Below are positions 16,438 through 29,571 of a DNA stretch of 64,000 nucleotides, piece after piece. Position numbers and translations under genes: made by a program. Where the stretch lies: NCBI RefSeq assembly GCF_009914755.1, contig NC_060938.1. The stretch is one strand, 5' to 3'. The notes beneath the pieces are model-generated. The model saw only the letters and a list, made by a program, of their open reading frames with translations. It had not been told where the DNA came from and searched no databases. Within the stretch, counting starts at the first letter, position 1; each line of letters starts with the position of its first letter. Origin of the DNA: the human T2T-CHM13v2.0 reference genome, Homo sapiens.

Positions 16438-16572
16438 ACAAAGCAAGAGCTCTGGATCTGCATGAATTAGTTTCACCATGGACAAGAGAAGATACTTACA
16501 GCTTCGTGTCTCCAGGCCTGTAGGTTTTTCTTTAAATTTAAGGCTTGTTACTTTTTCTTTAAATATAAGACT
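16438..16572 (-). pseudogene. NF1P: NF1 pseudo-exon 13 (legacy 10b)
   Basis: tag|AGTCTTATATTTAAAGAAAAAGTAACAAGCC...CTCTTGCTTTGT|gtaagt; 135 bp. Confidence 0.92.
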
Positions 16573-18065
16573 CTAAAAACAAAACAAAAACATGGTATCA
16601 GACATAAGACTCAGGATAATAGCTATCCAACCTTTTAAAAGAAATTTATTATGAGAAAACTTTGAAAAAAGCTATTTTTATACTACCAAATGTGTGGTAT
16701 AAGTAGAAACACTCAATAGTAAGCATAAGGTCAGTATTATTAAGCTTACAAAATGGAAATTGTTTTTGCACCATTTATATTATTTTTTAATCAATCTAAT
16801 GAAACAATGAAAATCTACTACAATACTCAAAGCTTAATATCAGGTTGTAAAAAGCCTCCTATTTAAAAAACTATTTTCCAAAATGTAAAAACATAAGGGA
16901 AAACATATTTGGTCTATAGTTCTCACAAATCTCCACGCTGGGTAACTCATTAACAAACACTCCCCACACATATACGCAAGTATTTCACAGACTCTACAGT
17001 ATTGTCCGTTTTAAGATGCAGCATTATTTGATGTCCCAAAAGGAATGAAAACACACCGTCAATTGTAAGACACCATCTAAAATAAGATACACTCCCAATT
17101 TCAGAGAAGAGTAAAAATAAGTGCTTCTTAGAATTAATGAAATATGTTATCTAGACAATCTCTGTATTTACTAGTTTAATTGTAAAATCTGCTTTTTCCT
17201 TCGATGGCACTCCATCTCTTTTGAGTTACAGAATGCACGCATTTTGCCTGAAGAACATTCATAAAACAGAAAGAATTCAGAGAAAGGTAAAACTTATGGA
17301 AAATATGTTTCCATTACAGAGACATAGGATGAATTAAAATAATCATAGATGTTTTTCAACCAAAAATCCAACAATTATATTCTAGATCTAATATCACCTA
17401 TTATTATAACATATTTCCTTCCTTTTCTTCTTTAAAAGAACACAAAACTATCTGATTTTGACATGAATGCCTTTATGTAAACATATATATAACATAGAAA
17501 TAGTAGACTGTGTACCAACTGTGGACCCATAATACAAATGTCCAAGTAAACGGGCTGTCTTTCAAAGTTAAAAAGCGGACATGCATATCTACAACACAAA
17601 TGAACCATCTTCTGTGTTTCAGTGAAATATGCATTTGTTATTATACCCAAGAACACTGAAGGGCTGTAGTCCTCAGAAGGGAAGAATAGCTATTTAAATG
17701 CACACATTTATATTCAAGAATGTCACAACAGAAGAGAGATAGCAAAACTTACAAATAGTTTGCTTTTATATTTATAACTGCCCCTTAACCCCTAGGCAAA
17801 TGTTTTACTAAATGATTTAACAAATGCTGGTTTTACTGTTTGCTCTCTTTCAACTGTATTTTTTCCTCACTCTAAGTTGAGGTGTTTCACCTTAGATCAA
17901 GCTGAAACTTTGATTAAACAAATGTATTTACTTTGACGTAACTAAGTGTAACTATCAAACGACTCTTCTCTAATGCAGCCATTGCACAGGAAGATAAGAT
18001 CAGAGAACAAGCAGTAGATATCAGAATTTTTCCTTATTTAAGAATAATTTCCAAAAAAAGTAAAT

Positions 18066-19128
<1,063 letters not shown>

Positions 19129-22100
19129 GATAGATCCTGAGTATGAGAAAAAAAACAAGTATTGAAAGAGGCATCCTGTGCCCTGGACTCAGGGGCTTCC
19201 CTAGGGGGTGCCCCACTTGCCCAAAGCAGTGCAGCCTGAACCCAAAACTGTGAGCAGAGAGTCCCATGTGTGTTTGAAGGGTTTCCTATGTCCTCTGTGT
19301 TCTCCTATAGAAAGCAGCAGGGGTGTGTCGAGCACACACAAGACACGCTAACAACAACCTGAGCACAACCTCATGCTGCTGAGATGCACCCGGACCCTGG
19401 ACAGGCCGTGGTGAGAGCAGCCCGAGGATCGTGGCTGGGGACTGTGTCTGGCTTCATGGAGGAAGTCACATGGAGTGCCTTCTCCAAGAAGACAGCCAAC
19501 TCCCTGCAGGCAGCACACTCCACTGCGCACCTATCAGTCTGTACAAGTGTGGGATTTCATTTGGCAGATCCCCAAGGCAGGAGAGAAAAGGAGGAAAGCT
19601 AACCTAACTCCAGGCTCTCCATGGACACCAACATCTAGAAGTGTCTGACAGGAAGCATGCATCCTTGGCCCCGATGAGGCTGCGGGCCATCCCTGCAGTC
19701 CTGGCTAGGCAGCCGAGAGGCAGGCCTTGTGGATGCTCTGGGCACAGGTGCTGAGCAAGGTGGTAACCTAGTGCTTGTCCGGGAGGTGCAGCCGCCTGGA
19801 GGTCACGCGGTGGTGCATCGACCTGAGGAAGGGGTTGGTGCCTGCAACCGAACAGTGGGCATGAGCCTGAGGCAGCTGGCGCTGCACCCACGCCCTGCAC
19901 ACCCGGCAGTGCTCTGGGAAGTGGCAGCCCCAGGACTGGCTGAAGCACCAGGAGGATCCCTGCACGCTGCCTGCCTGGCCATCAGGCTCTCCTCCCGGAG
20001 CCTCATCATCAGTGAAGAACTGAATCTGAACGGGATTTGGAGCTCAAGGCTTTGCCTCTGACAACCTTGGGGACCCAGCCCTGGCTCTGCTATGTGCCAG
20101 CTCTGGGCTCAGGGAGACTGACTCCTGTCAACATGACTCTCTTTGGAGCCACATCACCCAGATGGGGTCTTGTGTGCCCAAGCTACTGGTAGGACCTGTC
20201 AGCTCCACTGAGCTCCCTAGTGGCCTCTGGGAAAAGTGGGGTCTGTCCTTGAGCCGTAGGGTTTCTCACCCCTCAGCCACTGAACACAGCCACCCTGGAA
20301 AGCTGACCGGACACAAGATGAAGGGGCAAAGGGACACAGAAGAGCAGAGACTCCTATCTCTCAGGTTACCACTGGAACCTGAGAGATTCCACACAGGAGG
20401 AGCCAGAAGAGGGGAGGAAGGGGCCTGAGCCGGGGAGGGGCACAGAGGCTGTCCCTGCAGCACTAGAAGCTTGGTTTTCCAGAATGACCCCTGCCTGCCC
20501 TGGGCCCCCAGACAGCACCTCTGGGTCTGCCCACTGTACAGCCACTGCCAGTCCATCCACAGTGGACTCTGGGCATGGTAGTGGGTGGGCACATGGTGGC
20601 ACACTTGGGAGGTCCTTGTCGTTTGCAACACACAAGGCTGTACCTGTGACCCGGACGAGCCCTGGCCTGCCCCGCCTCACAGCCCTGCTCCCGAACAGGA
20701 CTCTTCACACCCCGGGAGGTTCTGGTGAGGCTTGCGGCAAAGCCTGGATGTCTCTCTGACTCTCAGATTTCCAAACCTGAAGCCCAGAGTGCCCTGCGTC
20801 AATGGGTGCCCAGAGGTCCTGCCTGTCACCTCCCTAGGGCCCCAGGCAAGCAGAGCCGTATCTGTGTTGGGGAGGTGAGGGTGCGTGGGGGCAGAGGCAT
20901 GGCCAGTCTGTCCTGGGCTCCGTGTATGTGAAGACAAAGCAGACAGCCTGCTGGGGTGTGAACACAGGGTGGGGTCTGGGCACGGTGCCCTCCGGCTCGG
21001 ATGGCAGAGACCTGGTGCTGTGGACAAGGCTTGCGAACTTGTGCCGGCCTGGCCCTCCTGGACGCTCGCCCAGCTTGCAGACCAGGTGGACGGTGCCATT
21101 GTTGCTGCAGCGAGAAGAGTCCAGGTTTATCATGCACTTGGGGTCCAGCCTGGCCACCTCGCCCTGGAGCATGCTGGGGATGCTCTGCCGCTCATCGTCC
21201 TCAAGCCTGTGCTTCCGGGTGCACACCACTGTGGACGTGAGGAGGCAGCATGGTGACCACAGTGGGCACACATGGTCCAGGGCTGGCCATCCGCCCTCTG
21301 CAAAGCCCAGCCCAGCTGGATGTATGTGATGAGTGGGCCGTGGATGGCAGTCATGGCTGGAGCGAATGTGCGGTACAGGGAATGGCTGAAGAGGGTGAGC
21401 GGATATTGGCCAGGACAGCATCCAGGAGCTGCTGGCATAGGTACTGCTGTTTGGTCAGCGGCACCAGGGGCAGCGGGCTGGCGGTAGGATGCGCACGGTC
21501 AGAAGCCCGGGACCTGAGGGTTCTCCATTTAGGGGGCCTTCCCACCTCTGGCCAGTCCTCACTCACAGCCAGATTCCCGAGGCCTCTCTCTCAGCCTCCA
21601 CCCTTGTGCAGACAATGTTGGCCGATCCTGGGTATAATCCCCACCCCCACAGCCTTGTCCTCCCCAGAGTCCCTGCTGTCTCTGGACCGGGTGGCAGAGG
21701 CACCCACGGGGGCCACAGACAGAGGGTGACTTCTCCCACGTTCCCGCCCAGCACAGCAAACCTGGCCTGGAAGAGGCCTGGTGGGCAGGGTCTCAGATCA
21801 GGCCCAGCCCCCACCCAGCCTGACCGTGAAGGCCCCTCCAGTGGTGCCCCCAGGAGCTCTTGAGGGAGCCCCGATCCCCCAGGGGTCCCCAGCATCCCAC
21901 TCACCACCGCCATGTCATTCTTGAGTTTCTCCAGGGCGATCTCACACTTTGGCAAGGTCTTCAGGGGACCTGCAGAGAGAGGGGACTTGGGCTGAGCTCT
22001 GTGCTGGAGGGCTGGGAGACATGGCAGGTCTCAGGCTGGGATCTGGGATCCCAACCACTGCCACTGGGCCTCGGCCCTCAGAAACCTCTGCAGGAGCTCC

Positions 22101-23535
22101 CTTCAGCTGACCAGCTGTTCCCAGACCCAGAGTCTAGGCAGGTGGCCCTCACCCCTAGGAGCTGCCCATCCCTGTTGGCAGTGAGGCAGTGGGTCAAGAG
22201 AAGGGACAGTGGCCGGGACCCTGACCAGGCTGGAAAGGCCTCAGTTGTACCTAGGCCAGTCCCTGTCCTGCTCAGTCCTATAACCCTAATGAAGAATCAA
22301 CTCAAGAAGGCCTGGAGGACCACCCAATAGTGACTGGCATTCTATCCAGACAAGCAAAACAGAGAGACACTTCTAGACGGGGGTGGGGGGACACCCTGAG
22401 TTTAGGTGACAGGGAAGTATAGGCCAACGCCCATGCGGTTCTGAGGTGCTGCCCGAGCTCACAGCAGCCCGTGGCCGGTGGCCCTGCCTTCCACCTGCTT
22501 CTCAGCAGCACCGTCTTGTTTCATTTTCATGACAGCACACATGGGTTGCAAATGGGGTAACTGAGATGCAGTCCCCTGTCCATGGTCACCGGGAAGTCAG
22601 GGGCAGAACTCCAGGTCATGCTCAGGCCCATCACGGCCAGCTGATGTTCAGGTCACTGCAAGCTGGGCCCCCAACTACTGGCTGGATGAGACCTGGCTGT
22701 GATGGGCCAGCATGAGGGCCGCAGCAGTGGTCAGGAGTAGGGCAAAGGCTGGGCACCGGCCAAGATGAAGCCTGGGCTCGAAGCCCCAGCACACACCAGA
22801 GTGGAGACTTGGAGGCCTCTGTCCAGGGCCCAAAGAGCTGCCTGGGGCCTTTGCTAACCCCACATCATCACCAAATGCCCATCCATGGCTGGACGACCCA
22901 CGCCCTTGTGGACCCTACGTTGGCTGTGGGCAAAACTCACTGCTTGGAGAGGTCTGTCACAATGTCCAGAAGGCTCTTCATCTTGCTCAGGTCCTTTTTT
23001 CTGTCTGGGACAGCAGAGGGGACCATAAGACACGAGCCTGGTGGCATCCCCAGGGCACTGGCCCCCACCCCGGCCGCAGCCCACCTTCACTCTTGTCGAT
23101 CTTGTTGACCACGCGGTGCAGGGGCTTGATGTGCTTGGACAGCTGCTTCAGCGTGTCCCAGTACAGCTGCTCCTGGCCCGGCTGGAGCCGGCTGGACTCA
23201 TGACAGAGCTGGGGTCACTGCAGGACTATGGGCGGGTGAGGCCTCAGCCCTAGACCCTCAGGCTGGGAGCTTGGGCTCTGAGGGCCCCAGAGCACGCATG
23301 AATGGTATGACCTGAGGCCTTGTAAAGGTGAGGGGTGACCTAGCACCTCAACCTGCCGGGCCGTGTACAGCTCACATGATGGAGCTGTGGGTCCCAGGCC
23401 TGGCTTAGCAGGTGTGTGTAAAGGACTAGGGGAGGGGACACTGGAGTTCTGTGGGGTTTGTGCTGTTTCTGGGTGCTGGGAAGGCTGCAGTGTGGAGCTG
23501 GGCAGGAAGCTACGGGGGACAGAGCAGGGCTGGAG
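19129..23535 (-). pseudogene. MED15P: Unprocessed partial MED15 pseudogene (last ~8 exons plus 3' UTR)
   Basis: Minus-strand exon remnants at ~23410-23535, 23085-23217 (EEQ.Y.D.LKQLSK.I.PL), 22941-23004 (DRKKDLSKMKSLLDI), 21905-21969 (KCEIALEKLKNDMAV), ~21326-21488 (TKQQYLCQ.LLDAVLANIRSP), ~21070-21235 (LEDDERQSIPS.LQGEVARLDPK), ~20535-20622 (DKDLPSVPP) and 19705-19841 (NPFL.S.H...LPDKH). Introns retained; premature TAG at 19768-19770; several splice sites mutated. Confidence 0.92.
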
Positions 23536-23902
23536 CTGCAGCCAAGCGGGAGAAACATGGGAGCTGGGCCCAGGCAAGGCAGCCACCAAACTCACTCTGC
23601 AACAAACCACAGTGGTGACCAATCCCCATCCTCCTTCCCATGCCAGCTGGGCGGGACCTCACCCGAAACAAGGGGTGGGAAAACTGGCAAGACCAGCACC
23701 CCGAGCACAGAGCCAAGAGCACACACAGCTGGCATCCTGCTTCTGGAAGGTGATGGGATGCCAGCGAGACTGCAGGGTGGACACTTCCTTCAGCTAGAAG
23801 TCTTACGAGCATACCAGCTGGGTCTGCACCAGCTGAAAACACCGGCTGTTCCATGGCTGCTCACTTTCCAAATACCAAGAAATGGAAAGAAAAGGGAAGT
23901 TT

Positions 23903-24661
<759 letters not shown>

Positions 24662-24895
24662 TCACTACATCCCACCACCAGGCTGGCTCTCAACACACAC
24701 TACGTCTTTCCTCTGCATGAAAGACCAGGAAAAGGGAGCCCCCAGCAGGCCTGAGGACATGTGGAGACACACAGGGAAGTGTGGCAGTTGGGTTCCAACC
24801 TTGTCACACAAGGTGGTCAGCCTCCCCCAGCTGTAAGTGAACATAACTTCTGTGGTGTGTTTCACACAAGACTCCATCTAAGAAAGAAGATGACT

Positions 24896-25014
24896 GCTGG
24901 GCACGGTGGCTCACACCTGTAATCCCAGCACTTTGTTAGGCTGAGGAGGGCAGATCACCTGAGGTCAGGAGTTCGAGACCAGCCTGGCAAACATGGTGAA
25001 ACCCAGTCTCTACT
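24896..25014 (+). mobile_element. AluS left arm only, truncated at the linker
   Basis: gggcacggtggctcacacctgtaatccc...aaacccagtctctacta then non-Alu sequence. Confidence 0.85.
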
Positions 25015-25049
25015 ATACTTTTACTGATAAAGCAGACAATGAACATAAT

Positions 25050-25338
25050 GTATAGAAATCTTGAGCACAAATAGACATCAAAAGCACAAACAACAAAAGC
25101 AAAGATGTAATTACATTAAACTTGTCAAAAGTATAAGCAACAAAGGCAAAGATGTAATTACATTAAACTTAAAACCTTCTGCAAAGCAGAGGAAGCAATC
25201 AGTAGAATGAAGAAACAACCCAGAGAATGGAACAAAATATTTGCAAACTATGCATCAGCCAAGGGGTTAATACACAAAATACATAAAGAACTCAAACTAC
25301 TCAAAAGCAAAAATACAAATAATCTGATTTAAAAAAAT
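25050..25338 (+). mobile_element. Old L1 ORF2 3' fragment
   Basis: agaatgaagaaacaacccagagaatgg..aaaatatttgcaaactatgcatc...aaggggttaata..caaaata is typical of L1 ORF2; includes a small tandem duplication. Confidence 0.75.
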
Positions 25339-26550
25339 CTACCCAAAACCTTTGTCTCTCACCATTATTTCTCCACCTTCTTTTCCCGACCGCCTTTGGT
25401 CTCCTCCCCCTCGCCACCCATTTTCTTCCTCCATCTACCCCAAAACTTTTTCCCCACCATTTTTCCCCCACCGTCATTTCGCAAAGCCTTCTCTACTCTC
25501 CCGCTCACCACCCTTTTCCCCATCTATCTACCCAAACACTCTCCCCACTGTTTTCTCCCACCGTCTTTTCCCCTTCTCCCTGGCCACCTTCTTTTTCCCC
25601 GTCCCACTCTCATCACCATCTTTTGCTCCTTCATCTAAGCAAAAATATTTTCCCCCCTCTTTTCCCAAAACCTTCTCCTCACTCCTGCCGCTCACCAACC
25701 TCTTTTCCCCCTTCATCTACCCAAAAACTGTTTTCCTCATCGTCTTTCCCCTGCTCCTCCTTGCCACCCTCTCCCTTCTCCATCTACCCAAAAACATTTC
25801 CCCATAGCCTTTTCGGAAAGCCTTCTCCCCACTCCTGCTCACCTCCTTCTTTTCCCCCTCCATCTATCCCTCAAAGTTCTCCCCACCGTCTTTTCAGTAT
25901 TTCCCCCTTCCCACTCATCCTCTTTGCCCTATCCTGCTTTCCACTCTGTTTTGCCCTCCATCTACCCCAAACTATTTTTCCATTTTTTCCCCAACCCTCT
26001 TTCCCTGCTCCCTCTCGCCACCCTCTTTTCTCCTCCTCCTGGTCACCCTCTTTCCCCCGTGCATCTACCCAAACACATTTTACCCATCATCTTTTCTTCC
26101 CCGCCCCGTCTTTCTTTTCTGCCTGCTGTGTTTTTGCAAAACCCTGTCTTCCTCCCGCTGGCCACCCTTTTCCCTTCCCCCACTTGTTACCCTCTTTTCC
26201 CCCTCTATCTACCCAAAAACTTTTCTCCCCACTGTCTTTTCACAAAACCTTCTCTCCCTACTGCTTGCCCCCATTTCCCTCCCACCCTCTTTCCTCCTCC
26301 CCCTTGCCACCCTCTTCTCCTCCATCTACCCATAAACTTTTTACCCACTGTCTTTCTGCAAAACCTTCCCTCCCTCCCGCTCCCCACCCTGTTTCTCCCC
26401 CTCCATTTACCCAAAAACTTTTTTCCCACCATCTTTTCCCCACTGTCTTTTTGCAACACCTTCTCCTGCTCGCTATTCTCTTTTCCCTTTGTCACTAACC
26501 ACCCTCTTTACCTCCCACCATCTATCCCAAAACTATTTTCCTCCTCCTAC
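25336..26550. repeat. C/T-rich degenerate tandem repeat, ~13 units of ~65-145 bp anchored on catctacccaaaa
   Basis: Anchor at ~25339, 25432, 25525, 25632, 25714, 25781, 25861, 25959, 26062, 26206, 26323, 26404 and 26519, with recurring sub-motifs ccaccgtctttt, gcaaaaccttc and gccaccct. Confidence 0.85.
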
Positions 26551-26734
26551 CTCTTGCACCACACTGCTTTCTCCGTTGCCGTCACCACAAACCGCAGCGA
26601 GGCGAGCCGTCCTACCGCGGCTCCAGCCTCCAGCGTACGGCCTGTGATTACCCATTCCCGGTCCTCTAAGCTGGGCCCTGAGCAGCTCTACAGGAAGATA
26701 CCGGAACCTTAAAGGGGCAGCCTTCCCTTCAGGA

Positions 26735-27012
26735 TCATTCATATACTGAGGTTATATATAGATGAAGGTTCCTAGACTGCATGTTCTGATTGGATGAGAA
26801 AAACCCTCCAGGGTTACTGGGATTGGACTTTATTATCATGTTCTGATTGGATGAGAGCAAGTCTTAAGACAACAAATCACAGCATGAAAATAAAGCCCAA
26901 TCAGAGTAGGCCTAGAGGTTTTTCTCTCATCCAATCAGAACATGTAGTCCAAGAACGCATGTGCGTAACCTCAGTATATAAAGCACGGTGAGGGCAACCT
27001 CAGGTCATTTCA
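26735..27012. promoter_or_regulatory. Palindromic, putatively bidirectional Pol II promoter (5 CCAAT boxes, TATA, Inr)
   Basis: ATTGG at 26789, 26822 and 26846; CCAAT at 26897 and 26931; TATATAAA at 26975-26982; Inr-like TCATTTC at 27005-27011. The two halves are reverse complements around gtcttaagac (26861-26870). Activity is inferred. Confidence 0.65.
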
Positions 27013-27306
27013 GGTTCTTCAGTGGTGGTGTGCTGCTCTTCGCTTAGAGAACTAGGAGAGGGGACCGCCATCTGCTGCCAGCTGGAGCCAGGGCACTGGC
27101 TGTCTCCGGTTGGTGGTGGGGATGGAGCGGTCGAAGGGTGGCCTGCAGTGGGAGCTTTTCCTGCCGGGCAGGAGGAAGAGTAGAAGGGAGAGGCACGGAC
27201 GCATGCTGGAGGCTGGAGCTTGCGCCACCGCAGCTCGCCTCGCTGCGGTTGGTGGTGATGTCGGACACTGCAGGTCTTCCAGAGTGGTAGACGTGCCGTT
27301 GGGTAG
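27007..27306 (+). ncRNA. Candidate first exon of a non-coding transcript
   Basis: Starts at an Inr ~30 nt after TATA, retains CpGs and ends at a strong donor TAG|GTGAGT (27306/27307). No recognisable ORF; inferred only. Confidence 0.4.
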
Positions 27307-27309
27307 GTG

Positions 27310-27965
27310 AGTTTTCTGGGGCTGCACTGCCCACCTCTGGGGGCAGGGGTTGGGTGTCCTTTTGGGGCTCACTGCCCAAGGCTGCACTCCCTGTGGCAGG
27401 CAGCTGGTTCGGGGCACTCTCTGGGGTATTGCTGGCGGTTGGGGGGGGGGTTGGCTGGCTATCACTGGCTACACTGCCTGCGGTGGCGGGGGTGGTGGAG
27501 GGAGGCAGATTGTGTGCACTAATGTGTACTGCTGGTTGTGGGTGATGGGTTAGGGGCACTATTTTCTGCTCCACTGCCTGCGGCAGGGGGTGGGTTGGGT
27601 GGTTATCTGGAGCTATAATGCTGGCAGTGGGCGGTGGTTTAGGGGTGTTATGGAGTGCTGCACTTCACTTACTTGGGGTGCACTATCAGGAGTTGCACTG
27701 CCCGTGGTGGGGTTGGGGGGGGCGGGTTTGGGGCACTGACTAGTGCAGCAACCCCCTTGGCTGGGTCGGGTTGTGGGCCCTGTAATGTGCTACACTGCCT
27801 GTTGGGGGTGGTGGCTTGGGGGGGTACTGGGGTTATATGCCTGCAACTGGCACGGGATGTGTTGGGTGTGCTATCCCGGGGCTACACTGCTGATGGCAAG
27901 GGGCAGGCAGGTTAGGGGTGCTGTCAGGGGCTACACTGCGTGGCATTGTTGGGCTGCAGAGGTGG
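27310..27965. repeat. G-rich degenerate repeat (ggggctgcactgcc / ggctacactgc / ggggcacta motifs)
   Basis: Motif recurs at ~27318, 27380, 27410, 27467, 27553, 27658, 27730, 27788, 27878 and 27927, with many G3+ runs. Confidence 0.7.
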
Positions 27966-29431
27966 CAGCAACAGCAACAGTGGTGGCCTCCTTTCTCCTT
28001 CCAGTGACCATTCTTCTTTTCCCAGATTCCAGACTCTAGAGGGTAATCTTCTCCTGCTCATGCAATTGTGAGCACAGCAGGGCCCCCACACCCCCCGTGG
28101 TTCCCCAGCCTGTGCCTCATGCTGCCTGTTGGGGAGACCACCTGGGACTACCGGGCAGGGATTAGTGGGAATCATGGGGGACTGTGGGGCCAGGGCACTG
28201 TAGGTGGAGGCGTCAGGAACAGGAACCAGCACTTGGGTGGGGAGGGCTGCCTAGGTCTGAGTTTTTCCTAGTCCTGCTCCTGGAGGAGTGCAGCCCTGGT
28301 GGGCCCAGCAATTTCTGGCCAGCTGCACCTGAACGGGGGCACTTTCAGCGAAGGCACTCACATCCACCTCAGGCCCCAGTTCTTGGCCAGCTTTGCCAGA
28401 AGGAGAAGCTGGACTTTGGAGGGTGGGTGTGAGTGCCTTTCCTGAAACTGGTCCTTGCCACCCAGTGGCCAGCGTGACAAGGTGAGGCTCTAAGGCTACC
28501 ACTCTCTGCATCCCATTCTAGGCTTTTCTGGCTTTGCCCTCCCAGCTGCTCCAAGCCAGGATGGAGGAGGAGGACAAGGAAGAGTCACCTGTGGTAAACT
28601 GGAGCCTGCATATGGCTCTGCAGCTGGTCTCACGAGATTGGTGGCAGCGACAGAGACTGCAGCTCGACTGGAGTGGTAGGAGGGTGCCCGCGGGGGCAAG
28701 GTGGTAGGAGCCTTGTAGGGTGGGCTGCTGCATTGAGGGCGACAGCGGTTGTATTGGCATCGGTGCTAGTGGTGGTATCAGCATTAAGTCTGGGGGCTGG
28801 GAAGGGGGAGTAGGAGCGCTGCAGGGCCCAGCCCGACCTGGGGATGGGGAGGAACCTGCGGGTACTGTACCAGGCCTTGGTGGCAGCAGTGGAGGTGCAC
28901 CTAGGGAAAGGAGGAGTCCTTCCCCTTCTCCTGCAATCTGTGGAGGGTGCCCTCCTCCTGCTGGTGACTGAGCCAGGCGTGAGGGGCAGGATTGTCTTAT
29001 TCTTAACAAAACTTAGGGGGTGACTATTTGTGTATCTTGTTTCTTTTTTGTTGTGATAGTCTCTGACTTTTTCAAATTTCATGAATTGGGGAGGGGATAA
29101 AAGGTATCATAATAGGCCTTCTACTTCCCACACCTGTTCTTTTTTCTTTCTTCTAGTCTGTATTGTCTTCTTCTCATCTTCTTGTTTCTCTTTATTTTCT
29201 TTTGCTGCTGCTTCTATTTCATGTTTCTATTGTGGTTTATCCTCCTTTTTAAATTTTCTTTATGCCAAGCAATGGCCTTAACAAACAACAAACCGAAACT
29301 GAGTTAAAAAGAAACTACTGGTCCCTGTGTTGTATTTTTAAAATAAATGGTCCCTTACTGTGTTTTAGAGATGAGAAAAAAAATCAGTTGTATTAGTCAC
29401 TTGAATAGGTATGCTTTCATGATCGTGTTAA

Positions 29432-29571
29432 CCCACTTATGCCTAGTGTTCCATTATTGGAATACTGAGCATGAGGAATTAACTTACATCCTACTGCCCA
29501 AGGTCATTGACAAGGTCTGATTTTTCACTCATGCAAAAATTCAAAAAATTGCAGCCTCTTGCATAAGTGGG
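29432..29571 (-). mobile_element. MER85 (piggyBac/PGBD3-derived MITE), full length 140 bp
   Basis: TIRs cccacttatgc / gcataagtggg; TTAA at 29428-29431 and degenerate ctaa at 29572-29575; internal palindrome gttccattattggaa. Confidence 0.9.

Noticed and set aside
25336-26550. CRISPR-like repeat-spacer array
   Set aside because: Primate DNA; the anchors are degenerate, spacing is irregular, inter-anchor sequences resemble each other, and there are no cas genes.
25352-26712. Long Pro/Phe/Ser-rich ORFs (291 aa, 262 aa)
   Set aside because: By-product of a C/T-rich repeat that rarely forms stop codons; open in several frames with no domain-like content.
27044-29082. 150-176 aa ORFs near the promoter as a novel protein
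   Set aside because: Low-complexity and GC-driven, mostly with non-ATG starts, and no recognisable family; not supportable without ribosome-profiling data.
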